Source of the DNA: Candidatus Xenobia bacterium
GTDB taxonomy: Bacteria; Acidobacteriota; Terriglobia; Acidiferrales; 2-02-FULL-67-57
Length of the DNA stretch: 64,000 bases
NCBI GenBank assembly: GCA_035573715.1
Contig: DATLZZ010000010.1
Span: forward strand, 215,355 to 279,354
Direction: 5' to 3'
The notes under the pieces are model-generated. The model made no database searches, was not told the origin of the DNA, and saw nothing but the letters and a program-made list of their open reading frames with translations. The position numbers and the translations under genes are program-made. Below are positions 46,083-54,956 of the stretch, piece by piece. Within the stretch, counting starts at the first letter, position 1. Each line of letters opens with the position of its first letter.

Positions 46083-46598
46083 ATGGTTCCGTTACCGGTC
46101 TTGCAGACGCTCTACGACTACAACTACTGGGCGCGCGACCAGCAGCTCCGCGCCTGCGCCGCCCTGAGCGAAGAGAAGTTCCTCCGCCCGCTCGGCAGCA
46201 GCTTTTCGTCCGTCCGCGACACCCTCGCCCACCTGGTCGCTGTGGAATGGGTCTGGCTGGAGCGGTGCAAAGGACACTCGCCCACGCGAGCCGAAGCCGC
46301 GCCCTGGGCGGCTGAAACATTTCCCACCCTTGCGGTTGTCGAGCAGCGTTGGCGCGACACTGAGCGCGGCTGGCGCGACTACCTCCGCACCCTTACGCCG
46401 GAACAGCTTCTCCAACCCCTCAGCTACACCAATATCGCCGGCAAGCAGTGGACCTATCCCCTCTGGCAGATCCTCATTCACCTCGTCAACCACCAGACCT
46501 ATCACCGCGGCCAGATTACGACCCTGCTTCGCCAGCTCGGGGTGCCCGCCACGGAAGTCGACTTACTCGTCGCCTTCGACTCCGGTCAGGTGAAGTGA
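46083..46598 (+). CDS. DinB/YfiT-like protein, paralog 2
   Basis: YDYNYWARDQQLRA ... HLVNHQTYHRGQ. Confidence 0.7.
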   Translation: MVPLPVLQTLYDYNYWARDQQLRACAALSEEKFLRPLGSSFSSVRDTLAHLVAVEWVWLERCKGHSPTRAEAAPWAAETFPTLAVVEQRWRDTERGWRDYLRTLTPEQLLQPLSYTNIAGKQWTYPLWQILIHLVNHQTYHRGQITTLLRQLGVPATEVDLLVAFDSGQVK

Positions 46599-47467
46599 AA
46601 ACTCTCACCACCATCGCGGAAATGCAGACGGCGGTCGCCGGGCTGCGCGGCCTCGGCCAGCGCATCGGCTTCGTGCCGACGATGGGCGCGCTGCACGAGG
46701 GTCATCTCTCGCTCGTGCGCCGCTCCAAGCAGGAAACCGACGTGACGGTCGTCTCCATCTTCGTCAACCCGGCCCAGTTCGGCCCCCACGAGGACTACCT
46801 GCGCTACCCGCGCGACCTGGAGCGCGACTCCGCGCTTCTTCTCCGCGAAGGCGCCGACCTGCTCTTTGCGCCCTCGGTCGAAGAGATGTACCCGAACGAT
46901 TTTCAGAGCTACGTGAGCGTGGAGCGCGTCGCCACGCCGTTCGAAGGCCAGTTCCGCCCGGGACACTTCCGCGGCGTCGCCACGGTGGTGCTGAAGCTCT
47001 TCAACATCGTGCAGCCCCACCGCGCCTACTTCGGCCAGAAGGATGCCCAGCAGTGCGCCGTGGTGCGCCAACTGGTGCGGGACTTGAGCCTGCCGGTTGA
47101 AATCATTGTGTGTCCCATCGTCCGCGAGCCCGACGGCCTGGCGATGAGCTCCCGCAACGCCTACCTCAAGCCCGACGAGCGCCAGGCGGCCCTGGTGCTT
47201 TCGCGCAGCCTGGCGCGCGCCCGCGAATTGATCGAAGCCGGCGAGCGCCGCGCCGAAGTCCTGGCTCAGCAGGTACGCAACGTTATCGAGCAGGAACCCA
47301 AGGCGCGCATTGACTACGTGGGGGTCGCCGACGCCGACACCTTCGAAGCGCGCGACACCCTCGCCGGCCGCACCGTCATCGCCCTGGCGGTCTGGATCGG
47401 CGGCGCCCGCCTGCTCGACAACCTCATCGTCGAAGAGACCCCCGCCGGCCTGCAATTTCGCGCATAA
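46595..47467 (+). CDS. panC: pantoate--beta-alanine ligase
   Basis: PTMGALHEGH motif. GTG start overlapping the upstream stop by 4 nt. Confidence 0.9.
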   Translation: MKTLTTIAEMQTAVAGLRGLGQRIGFVPTMGALHEGHLSLVRRSKQETDVTVVSIFVNPAQFGPHEDYLRYPRDLERDSALLLREGADLLFAPSVEEMYPNDFQSYVSVERVATPFEGQFRPGHFRGVATVVLKLFNIVQPHRAYFGQKDAQQCAVVRQLVRDLSLPVEIIVCPIVREPDGLAMSSRNAYLKPDERQAALVLSRSLARARELIEAGERRAEVLAQQVRNVIEQEPKARIDYVGVADADTFEARDTLAGRTVIALAVWIGGARLLDNLIVEETPAGLQFRA

Positions 47468-47522
47468 TTCTCGCTGCGCTCAGGCAGCCGGAACCGCCCG
47501 GCTCGCTATCAAAGTAAGAGAC

Positions 47523-50500
47523 ATGGCGATGCGCCGGCGAAGACGAGTGGCAGTAGTTGTCTTCGTCCTGGGTGTGTTGCTGACCACCGTTTTCCTGTGG
47601 GTCTTTGTTTCTTCCACCGGGCAGGAAGCTGTCCGCCGGGCTCTCGAGCAGCAGACCGGCCTGACGGCGCGCGCGCAAAGTGTTGAGAGGCTGTGGCTGC
47701 CTCCCGGCGTCCTGATTCATGAAGTAGAGCTGGAAAGCGCCGGCCTCAGCCTCAAGGCGCGCGCGATGGAGGTTCGTGTAGCCTGGCTGCCGTTGCTGTG
47801 GGGCGAAGTCCGCGCCGGCGACATTCGCCTCACCGATGCCCGCCTCCACCTGAGTCCTCAGAGGGACGCCGCGGCCGCAGCCTCCGGCTTGCCGCGGGGC
47901 GCCGACTGGGAACTGAACAACCTTGACCTTTGGACGACCGTTGACGGCACTGAGAGGCAACTGTTGCACATTGACAGGGCCTCCTGGTCGCCCAGCCTGA
48001 CGGAGAAGAGCCGTCTGGAGCTCTCCGGCTCCGCCGGTGACTCCGAGAGCTCGCGCATTCATATTCTGGGCGAAGCCACCGCCTGGCGCCCGCCGGCGCT
48101 CCCGGACGGCCGGCTCCAGCTCGAGCTCACGGAGTTTCCCGCACAGCCGTTGCTCGGACAAGTTGTCGGCGACTCCCGCCTGCTGGGTGCGGCGCGCTTG
48201 AACGGCAAGCTCACGGTGAACAGCAACACCGGCGCGGCCGAAAGCCAGGGCGCTTTGCAGGCAACGACGCCGGAAGGCGCGCAGCTCATCGCGCTCGACT
48301 TCAGGGCGCGCGCCACGCCGGCCCTGCTCACGCTCGACTCCGCTGCGGGCGAGCTGGCGGGAAACCGCTTCGAAGCCGCGGGCACCGCCGACGGCTGGCA
48401 GGGAAGCGACCGCAAGACGGAACTTACGCTTCGCCTGCCCGATGCCCGCTTGGAGAAGGAGACGCGGTCGCAGATTCGCGCTGTGCTGGGTCGGGAGACG
48501 CTCGGCTTTGCTGAGAATGTCCGCGGGCGCTTCGCCGCCGAGCTGAAGCTGACGGAATCTGCCGGCCGCGCCCGCGTCGGCGGCCGCGCCGACCTCAACG
48601 GCCTCACCTACGCCCGCAAGGGGATGCCGGCGCTGGAAGATATTCGCGGCCGGCTGGCGCTTGCGGGCGACGCAGTAGTGTTTGAGCAGGTCACGGCCAA
48701 GGCGTTCGACACGCTGACGCGCATCACCGGCCAGGCCCGCGGCGACCAGTTGGCGCTGCGCCTGGAGACTGACGACGTTCCCGCCGAGCGCATCCTCGCC
48801 GAGCTGGCGCCCGACCTTCACTTGGCCGGCGTGCACGGCGTTGCGCGCTTGGAAGTCGACGTTGTTGGCCCGGCTGACCAGCCCACCCTCGCCGGCCGCG
48901 CTCACATCCGCGGTGTGGGCTTCGATCTGCGCCAGTTGCCGGTTCGCGGCGTCGAGGGCGAAGCTGCTTTTAACTCCGACCGGGTTCACTTCGAGTCGCT
49001 GCGCGGCCGCGCCGGCGGCTGCGAGGCGCGCGCCAGCGGCGAGACGCTGTTGGCGGCTTGGAGCAGCGGAACCATCGGCCAGGTCACGCTGCCGGAATGC
49101 GAGATCGCGCAAGTAGCCCATGTTGCCGAACTGGCGGGCATCGGCCGTTTCCCCGGCCTTGAGCCGGAGACGCTCGAAGGCCGCGGCACTGTGGCTCTCA
49201 GCTACGCGCACGAGCGTTGGCGCGCGGAACTGATGGTTCCTGGCGCGCGCTGGAGTCCTGCCTGGTTGGCCGCGCCGCTGGAAGATGTACGCGCCTCGGT
49301 GCGCATTGACCCCGAGGCCGTCCAGATTCGCAACCTCAGCGGGCGCTTCGGCTCCTCGCCCGTTCGCCTGCATGGCGAGGTCGGGCTGCGCGGAGCCGAG
49401 TCGGCCCCCTGGCAGATGGACCTTGAAGCTCATCTGACGCCGCAGGATGCCGAATCCCTCGTCCCCTCGCCTTGGCGCCGGTGGGTGCGCCTTGTGAATG
49501 AAGTGGAAGCGCGCGGCCGCCTGCGCGGCCAGCCCGAGGCCGTCACGCTCGAGGCCCAGATTCAAACCAACCCAACGCTGACCGCGTCGGCTGTTCCCGT
49601 TCCCGTGCCGGAGGCCGTGCCGGCCACCATTGACATTCGCGCTCGCTGGGACGATGTGGGCTTTGCGCTCGAGCGGTTCTCCGCTCGCTTTGGCAACACT
49701 GAGTTCAGCGGGCGTGGCTCACTCGAGCACAGTTCCGAACCTCAACTCGACTTCCACTTGCAGGCGCCGCCGGGCAGCTCGCTGGAAGAGCTGCTGGCGC
49801 TGGTCCGCTTGCCCGCGCCGTTGCAGTCGGCGCGCGGCAAGGCCGCAGTGGATCTCACCTTGCGAGGCTCGCTCGCCAACCCCCAATGGGCCGGCATGGT
49901 CGAACTGGCGGAAGTCTATCTGCCGAATGTGCTCGCTGAGCCGGTGCAGATGAAGGGTCGCCTGCTCCTCTCGGCCGACGGCCTTAGCCTCGACCGTGTG
50001 CGGATCACACAACCTTCCGGCGAGCTGGCAGTCAACGGGCGGCTGCGCTCCGAAGGGGTGTCCACGATCGAGATCGCCGGCGCCGCGGCCAACCTCGACG
50101 ACTTCTTCAGCCAGTGGCAGGGCGGTTCATTCAACTGGTCGGAGCAAACTTTTCTGCGCGAGCATCCCTTCCAGGTTTCGCTGGCGCTGGAGCGCGCGCA
50201 GTTTCTGGACCTCACCTTCACCCACGTGCGCGGGCGGCTCGAGCAGTCGGAGGGGAAGCTCAGCCTGAGCATCCCCCATTTCGGGCTGGGCTCGGGTCAC
50301 GGCCGGCTGGAGGGAAGCGTCGAGCCGGCGGACGACCAGTTGCGCGCCAGCCTGGAACTGAACCAGGTTCCCGTCGAAATGCTGCTGGGCGATTTCCTCA
50401 AAGCCCAGCGCATCGTCACCGGCCCACTCGACCTCCACGTGGAGCTGACCGGCCCCGTGGGCTCGCGGCAGGACTACTTGCGCACCGCCAGCGGCCTGGC

Positions 50501-50957
50501 TCGCTTCACCGTCACCCAGGGCCGCATTCAGAAGGGCACGCTGCCGGAACGTCTGTTCGCCCTGGCCGTGCTGCTGCGCGAGGGTCCCTTCGGCTGGGGC
50601 CTCTTGAGCCTGGGCAAGGTCTGGAACCCGCCCAACCTGCGCAAGTTCGACACCTGGAGCGGAACGCTGGAGCTGAGGGAAGGGAAGGCGGAGCTGGTGG
50701 AGAGCAATCTGGTTTCGAACACCTACAACGTGAACCTGCAAGGCGAAGTGGATATGCAGGCCGGCACGATGCAACTGCACGGCGAGGGCAACTTCCACCC
50801 GCCTTACCAGTTCGACTTCAGCATCAAGAGCATGGTAGAAGGCCTAGGGCGGCTCTTCCAGATTGTGCGCGGGCGTAAGGGACACAACTTTGAATTCGAC
50901 GTCGCCGGCGAACTGGCCGGCACCAAGCGCATCGAAAACTTCCGCTTCAAGGATTGA
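47523..50957 (+). CDS. AsmA/TamB-like large envelope assembly protein
   Basis: N-terminal TM anchor (VAVVVFVLGVLLTTVFLWVF). ~1140-aa repetitive beta-rich body. AsmA-like C-terminal region. Confidence 0.65.
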   Translation: MAMRRRRRVAVVVFVLGVLLTTVFLWVFVSSTGQEAVRRALEQQTGLTARAQSVERLWLPPGVLIHEVELESAGLSLKARAMEVRVAWLPLLWGEVRAGDIRLTDARLHLSPQRDAAAAASGLPRGADWELNNLDLWTTVDGTERQLLHIDRASWSPSLTEKSRLELSGSAGDSESSRIHILGEATAWRPPALPDGRLQLELTEFPAQPLLGQVVGDSRLLGAARLNGKLTVNSNTGAAESQGALQATTPEGAQLIALDFRARATPALLTLDSAAGELAGNRFEAAGTADGWQGSDRKTELTLRLPDARLEKETRSQIRAVLGRETLGFAENVRGRFAAELKLTESAGRARVGGRADLNGLTYARKGMPALEDIRGRLALAGDAVVFEQVTAKAFDTLTRITGQARGDQLALRLETDDVPAERILAELAPDLHLAGVHGVARLEVDVVGPADQPTLAGRAHIRGVGFDLRQLPVRGVEGEAAFNSDRVHFESLRGRAGGCEARASGETLLAAWSSGTIGQVTLPECEIAQVAHVAELAGIGRFPGLEPETLEGRGTVALSYAHERWRAELMVPGARWSPAWLAAPLEDVRASVRIDPEAVQIRNLSGRFGSSPVRLHGEVGLRGAESAPWQMDLEAHLTPQDAESLVPSPWRRWVRLVNEVEARGRLRGQPEAVTLEAQIQTNPTLTASAVPVPVPEAVPATIDIRARWDDVGFALERFSARFGNTEFSGRGSLEHSSEPQLDFHLQAPPGSSLEELLALVRLPAPLQSARGKAAVDLTLRGSLANPQWAGMVELAEVYLPNVLAEPVQMKGRLLLSADGLSLDRVRITQPSGELAVNGRLRSEGVSTIEIAGAAANLDDFFSQWQGGSFNWSEQTFLREHPFQVSLALERAQFLDLTFTHVRGRLEQSEGKLSLSIPHFGLGSGHGRLEGSVEPADDQLRASLELNQVPVEMLLGDFLKAQRIVTGPLDLHVELTGPVGSRQDYLRTASGLARFTVTQGRIQKGTLPERLFALAVLLREGPFGWGLLSLGKVWNPPNLRKFDTWSGTLELREGKAELVESNLVSNTYNVNLQGEVDMQAGTMQLHGEGNFHPPYQFDFSIKSMVEGLGRLFQIVRGRKGHNFEFDVAGELAGTKRIENFRFKD

Positions 50958-51022
50958 GAGAGGTGCTGATGCATCTTTTACTGGCACTGAACCCATCTAA
51001 TAATGCGAATGAGGGAAAAGCT

Positions 51023-51325
51023 ATGAGCCGACGCGACCGCAAGGTTATTATCCTGGCCGCCCTGATGGCCGCTCTGCTGAGCCTGGCCGCGGCCGTGGCT
51101 GTCTTTGCCAAGGCCACCGAAGACGACGTGGCCAAGGTCAAGCCGGGCATGTCCCGCGCCGAAGTGCTCGACATCATGGGCAAGCCCGACAAGGACCAGG
51201 AAGTGAAGGACGAGGGCGAGCTTTGCCGGCTCCTTGCCTACAAGTCGGTCGGCCGCTACAGGGTCGTCAACATCTGGTTCGACTGCGCCGACAAGGTCAA
51301 AGCCGTCGACAAAGTCGCTCGCTAA
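51023..51325 (+). CDS. BamE/SmpA-OmlA-like small envelope protein
   Basis: TM/signal anchor, then KVKPGMSRAEVLDIMGKPD motif. Confidence 0.55.
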   Translation: MSRRDRKVIILAALMAALLSLAAAVAVFAKATEDDVAKVKPGMSRAEVLDIMGKPDKDQEVKDEGELCRLLAYKSVGRYRVVNIWFDCADKVKAVDKVAR

Positions 51326-51404
51326 CCCCCCTGCTGTCTTCCTGAGCGGAGTCCGGGCCGCCGCAGGCGGGTCGGCGAAGGCGAAGGATCTGCCTTTCCA
51401 TCTC

Positions 51405-51863
51405 CTACTCCAGCGAGGCCAGAACCTCCGCCGCGTGTTTCCCGGGTCTCACCTTGTCGAACACTTTCTTCACTTTGCCGTCCGGCCCGATGAGCACCGT
51501 CGTGCGCACGATGCCCATGAACTTCCTCCCCAGAAAACTCTTCTGCTGCCACACGCCATAGGCCTTGAGCATTCCCTTCTCGGGGTCGCTCAGCAGCGTG
51601 AAGTTCAGCTTGTGTTTCTTCTTGAACTTCGCCAGCGTCTCCGGCTTGTCCGCCGAGCAGCCCAGGACGATGGCGTTCTTGCGGGCAAAGGCGTCGCGGG
51701 CGTCACGAAACTCGTGCGCCTCAATGGTTCACCCCGGCGTCATCGCTTTGGGGAAGAAAAACAGGACCACGTGGTGCCCCTTGAAGTCGCTCAGTTTGAG
51801 GCTCGTCCCTTCGTCGGTCGTCAGCCTAAACGCCGGCGCCGCCGCCCCTTCCTTCAACCCCAT
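51405..51863 (-). CDS. bcp: Bcp-type peroxiredoxin with in-frame TGA (candidate selenocysteine) at the peroxidatic Cys position
   Basis: Manual translation gives MGLKEGAAAPAFRLTTDEGTSLKLSDFKGHHVVLFFFPKAMTPG-U-TIEAHEFRD...LLSDPEKGMLKAYGVWQQK...VLIGPDGKVKKVF. TGA at 51729-51731 replaces the Cys of the conserved TPGCT motif. GGAGGG Shine-Dalgarno 6 nt before the ATG. The ORF track misses it because the reading frame is split by the TGA. Confidence 0.65.
51695..51725 (-). promoter_or_regulatory. candidate bacterial SECIS hairpin (GGCGCACGAG UUU CGUG(A)CGCC) 8 nt downstream of the UGA
   Basis: Stem-loop with a U-rich apical loop immediately 3' of the in-frame UGA on the mRNA. Confidence 0.4.
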
Positions 51864-51887
51864 CGGAGTCCCTCCTCAACGCGGATT

Positions 51888-52259
51888 CTACCACTTCCCG
51901 TTTCGCCGCCGGGCGAACCGCAGCCCGTGTACGCCCAGGATTGCTAGGCAGATCGCCACCGCCACCCACGTCAACAATTGCTGCGACACGTCGGGGTAGA
52001 TGACCGACTCGAGATAGTGGATCAGGAAGGATTCCGTGTAGGGCGTTTGGCCCGCGCGCTGGAGCGACCAGTTTTCGAGCAGCGTCAGCGGGCACGGCCA
52101 CAGCAACAGCTCAATGAGAATCCCGTAGACCACCGAGCCGATGTGCAGCCAGCGCAGCAGCGGTCGCCCGCGGGTCGCCAGCCATCCCAGCAGCACCCAC
52201 AGAATCCACGCCGCGTGCAGCGTAAACGCCGCTATCGCCAGAACGTGGTAGATTCTCAC
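51888..52259 (-). CDS. DUF2784-like small membrane protein
   Basis: Four predicted TM helices. Start set at an internal GTG. Confidence 0.5.
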   Translation of the reverse strand: MRIYHVLAIAAFTLHAAWILWVLLGWLATRGRPLLRWLHIGSVVYGILIELLLWPCPLTLLENWSLQRAGQTPYTESFLIHYLESVIYPDVSQQLLTWVAVAICLAILGVHGLRFARRRNGKW

Positions 52260-52298
52260 GGCCGTTGAACCGATTGTATCCCGTCGGAGGCTCGCTCG

Positions 52299-53612
52299 AT
52301 GGCTGAATTCTTGCGCCGCTTCTTCCAGCTCGACGCCCACGGCACCACGGTGCGCCGCGAAGTCGTCGCCGGCGTCACCACCTTCGTCACCATGGCCTAC
52401 ATCATCGTGGTCAACCCGGCGATTCTCTCCGCCGCCAAGATTCCCGCCGGACCTTCAATGGTGGCGACGATTCTCACCGCTGTCTTTGGCACGCTGCTGA
52501 TGGGCTTCTTCGCCCGCCGCCCCTTCGCCATCGCCCCCTACATGGGCGAGAACGCCTTCATCGCCTACACAGTTGTCGTGGGGCTCGGTTACACCTGGCA
52601 GCAGGCTCTCGCTTCGGTCTTCCTCGCCGGTGTGCTATTCATCCTCTTGACCGTGGCGCGGGTGCGCCAGTGGCTGGTCGAAGGCGTCCCGGCCGGCCTG
52701 CGCTACAGCTTCGCGGTCGGCGTCGGCCTGTTCATGACCTTCATCGGCTTGAACGAAACCGGCATCGTGCGCCTCGGCGTCGAAGGGGCGCCGGTGCGCA
52801 TGGGCGCGTTCACGTCCGCGCCGGTATTGATCTCGCTCCTCGGTTTTGTGCTGATCGTGGCGATGATGATTCTCAAGCTGCGCGGCGCCATGCTTCTCGG
52901 TGTGCTGGCGACCGCCGCCATCGCCTTCGCCACCGGTGTCGCCCAGGCGCCCGATGCCTGGCTCAGTGCCCCGCCCAGCCTCGCGCCCATCTTCTGGCAG
53001 CTTGATTTCTCCGCGCTCTGGAGCGTCGGGTTTCTGGCGGTGATGCTGACGACGTTCGTGATGGCGTTCGTGGATACGATGGGCACGCTCATCGGCGTCT
53101 CTGCTCGCGCCGGATTCCTCGACGCCGAAGGCAATCTGCCGCAGATTGAGCGCCCCATGCTGGCCGATGCGCTCGCCACCACGTTCGCTGCCGCGGTGGG
53201 AACGACTACCGCCGGCGCTTACATCGAATCCGCCACCGGCGTCGAAGCCGGCGGCCGCACCGGCTTGACCGCCATCGTCACGGCGCTGCTGTTTTTGCTG
53301 GCGCTCTTCTTCGCGCCCGTTGTCGCCGCCATTCCGCCGCAGGCCTACGGCCCGGCGCTGATCGTGGTTGGCTTGCTGATGGTCAGTCCGATTACTCGCG
53401 TCAACTTTGATGACCTCACAGAATTGGTGCCTGCGTTCGCTACCGTCGCGCTGATGAGCTTCAGCTTCAACATCGGCGTCGGCATGACCGCCGGCTTCGT
53501 GCTCTATCCTTTTTGCAAGCTGGTCGCGGGCCGCGCTCGCGAAATCAAGCCCGGCCTCTGGGTTCTCTTCGCGCTCTCGCTGCTCTTTTACGCCTTCTAT
53601 CCCTATCGCTAA
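52299..53612 (+). CDS. NCS2-family nucleobase permease (AzgA/purine permease-like)
   Basis: ~13 TM helices and conserved NCS2 motifs. Confidence 0.85.
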   Translation: MAEFLRRFFQLDAHGTTVRREVVAGVTTFVTMAYIIVVNPAILSAAKIPAGPSMVATILTAVFGTLLMGFFARRPFAIAPYMGENAFIAYTVVVGLGYTWQQALASVFLAGVLFILLTVARVRQWLVEGVPAGLRYSFAVGVGLFMTFIGLNETGIVRLGVEGAPVRMGAFTSAPVLISLLGFVLIVAMMILKLRGAMLLGVLATAAIAFATGVAQAPDAWLSAPPSLAPIFWQLDFSALWSVGFLAVMLTTFVMAFVDTMGTLIGVSARAGFLDAEGNLPQIERPMLADALATTFAAAVGTTTAGAYIESATGVEAGGRTGLTAIVTALLFLLALFFAPVVAAIPPQAYGPALIVVGLLMVSPITRVNFDDLTELVPAFATVALMSFSFNIGVGMTAGFVLYPFCKLVAGRAREIKPGLWVLFALSLLFYAFYPYR

Positions 53613-53661
53613 GGGAAGAAGAAGCGCCCGGAGTGGGGTGTCCGGGGCCGTGAGTAAGCGG

Positions 53662-53736
53662 TGGCTGGGGCGCCTGGATTCGAACCAGGACCTCTGGATT
53701 AACAGTCCAGCGTGCTGCCAGACGCACTCCGCCCCA
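53662..53736 (-). tRNA. tRNA-Asn (anticodon GTT), CCA encoded
   Basis: Cloverleaf: acceptor TGGGGCG/CGCCCCA, D-arm GTGC..GCAC, anticodon stem CTGGA/TCCAG with loop CTGTTAA, T-arm CCTGG TTCGAAT CCAGG, discriminator G plus CCA. Confidence 0.9.
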
Positions 53737-53738
53737 AA

Positions 53739-54431
53739 CTAGAGGTCGGGCTTGCCGTCCCGCGTCACCATCTTGCGCAGGTCAAACGTAGCCTCGATCT
53801 CGTTCTTGCCCACGCGGCAGTGGAACTCAACCTTGTTTTCTGTCGCCGGAATCACCGGCTTGCCCTCGGCCTCGCGGGGGAAAAAGATGAAGACCTGCGC
53901 CAGCCGCCCGCCGGGCCGGAAAAACTGCACCTGGTCAGGCGTTACGCGCATCTTGCTCGATTTGAGTTCCAGATACGCTGCCGCCTTCGTGCCTTCTTCC
54001 TTTATTTCTTCGAACCCGGTCATATTCGATCCAAGCACTGACAGAATGTAGGAGGGCGGCGCCGCGGCTAGCATCGCCTTGGAGTTTTCCGGATCCTCGC
54101 GCCCGGCCAATTGCGCGCTCCGCACCTGCGCCTGGCGCATCGTCAGGGCCGACGCCCACTGCACCAGATACCTGGCTTGTACTTGCGGCCCGGCGGTGTC
54201 GCTCATCGGCTTGGTGCCGGAAACTTCCGAGCGCGCAATCGCTCCTTCGCCGGGTCCGCTTGTGCCCAGCACTTCGATCAGGCGCGCCCAGGGGGAGTCC
54301 TGGACGACTCTCTCCACCTCCTTCTGCGTCCATTCCGTGTAGGGCTTGTCCTTCCACGGCTCGGCCGCCCACAGCAGCCCGACACAGAGGAGAACAAGTA
54401 GTGCAACCCGTCCCGCCTGTTCCACCTTCAT
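53739..54431 (-). CDS. secreted 'SPWA-motif' protein (paralog C)
   Basis: Signal peptide. EWTQKEVERVVQDSPWA and IFFPREAEGKPVI. Third member of the family at 20148-21700. Confidence 0.55.
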   Translation of the reverse strand: MKVEQAGRVALLVLLCVGLLWAAEPWKDKPYTEWTQKEVERVVQDSPWARLIEVLGTSGPGEGAIARSEVSGTKPMSDTAGPQVQARYLVQWASALTMRQAQVRSAQLAGREDPENSKAMLAAAPPSYILSVLGSNMTGFEEIKEEGTKAAAYLELKSSKMRVTPDQVQFFRPGGRLAQVFIFFPREAEGKPVIPATENKVEFHCRVGKNEIEATFDLRKMVTRDGKPDL

Positions 54432-54474
54432 CGCAATCCTCCTCGTTTCAACCTAGCTGGCACGGCCGGTTCTG

Positions 54475-54945
54475 TCAATCGCGCCTCAGGCGAGGAATCC
54501 AGCGCGGCACGCGCCGGCAGTACTGGCGGTACTTCTCGCCGAAGCGCCGCTCCATGTCCGGTTCTTCGTAGTAGGGAACGAACAGCGAGAGAAACAGAAC
54601 GAACAGCGCCAGGCCGAACCATAGGCCCAGCGAGCCTAGCCCCAGCGCCAGCCCCGTCAGAATAGCGCCCACGCCGTACATCATCGGGTTGCGCACGTAG
54701 CGGTACGGCCCGGCTATCACCAGGCGCCTGGTCTTGGCGGTGAACGGATGCGCCGTGCCTTTGCCGATGTCTATAAAAAGCAGGTTGCACCAACCTGCCA
54801 GCAGGCTCCCCCCCGCCACCAGCAGGAATCCGGCCGTGGGATAGTGGGGCCCGCGCCAGCCCATCCGCCGGTCCAACCACAGCCAGAAAAAAACCAGCGA
54901 CACGACCAGGGCGGGGAACCAGACGAACTGAAAGAACGCTTTCAT
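54475..54945 (-). CDS. membrane methyltransferase (ICMT/PEMT family)
   Basis: Multi-TM. C-terminal motif GPYRYVRNPMMYG ... EEPDMERRFGEKY typical of isoprenylcysteine carboxyl and phospholipid methyltransferases. Confidence 0.7.
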   Translation of the reverse strand: MKAFFQFVWFPALVVSLVFFWLWLDRRMGWRGPHYPTAGFLLVAGGSLLAGWCNLLFIDIGKGTAHPFTAKTRRLVIAGPYRYVRNPMMYGVGAILTGLALGLGSLGLWFGLALFVLFLSLFVPYYEEPDMERRFGEKYRQYCRRVPRWIPRLRRD

Positions 54946-54956
54946 CGCGTCTCGGA

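Noticed and set aside
47424-49565. 713-aa minus-strand ORF
   Set aside because: Antisense to the AsmA/TamB-like gene. Compositional artefact.
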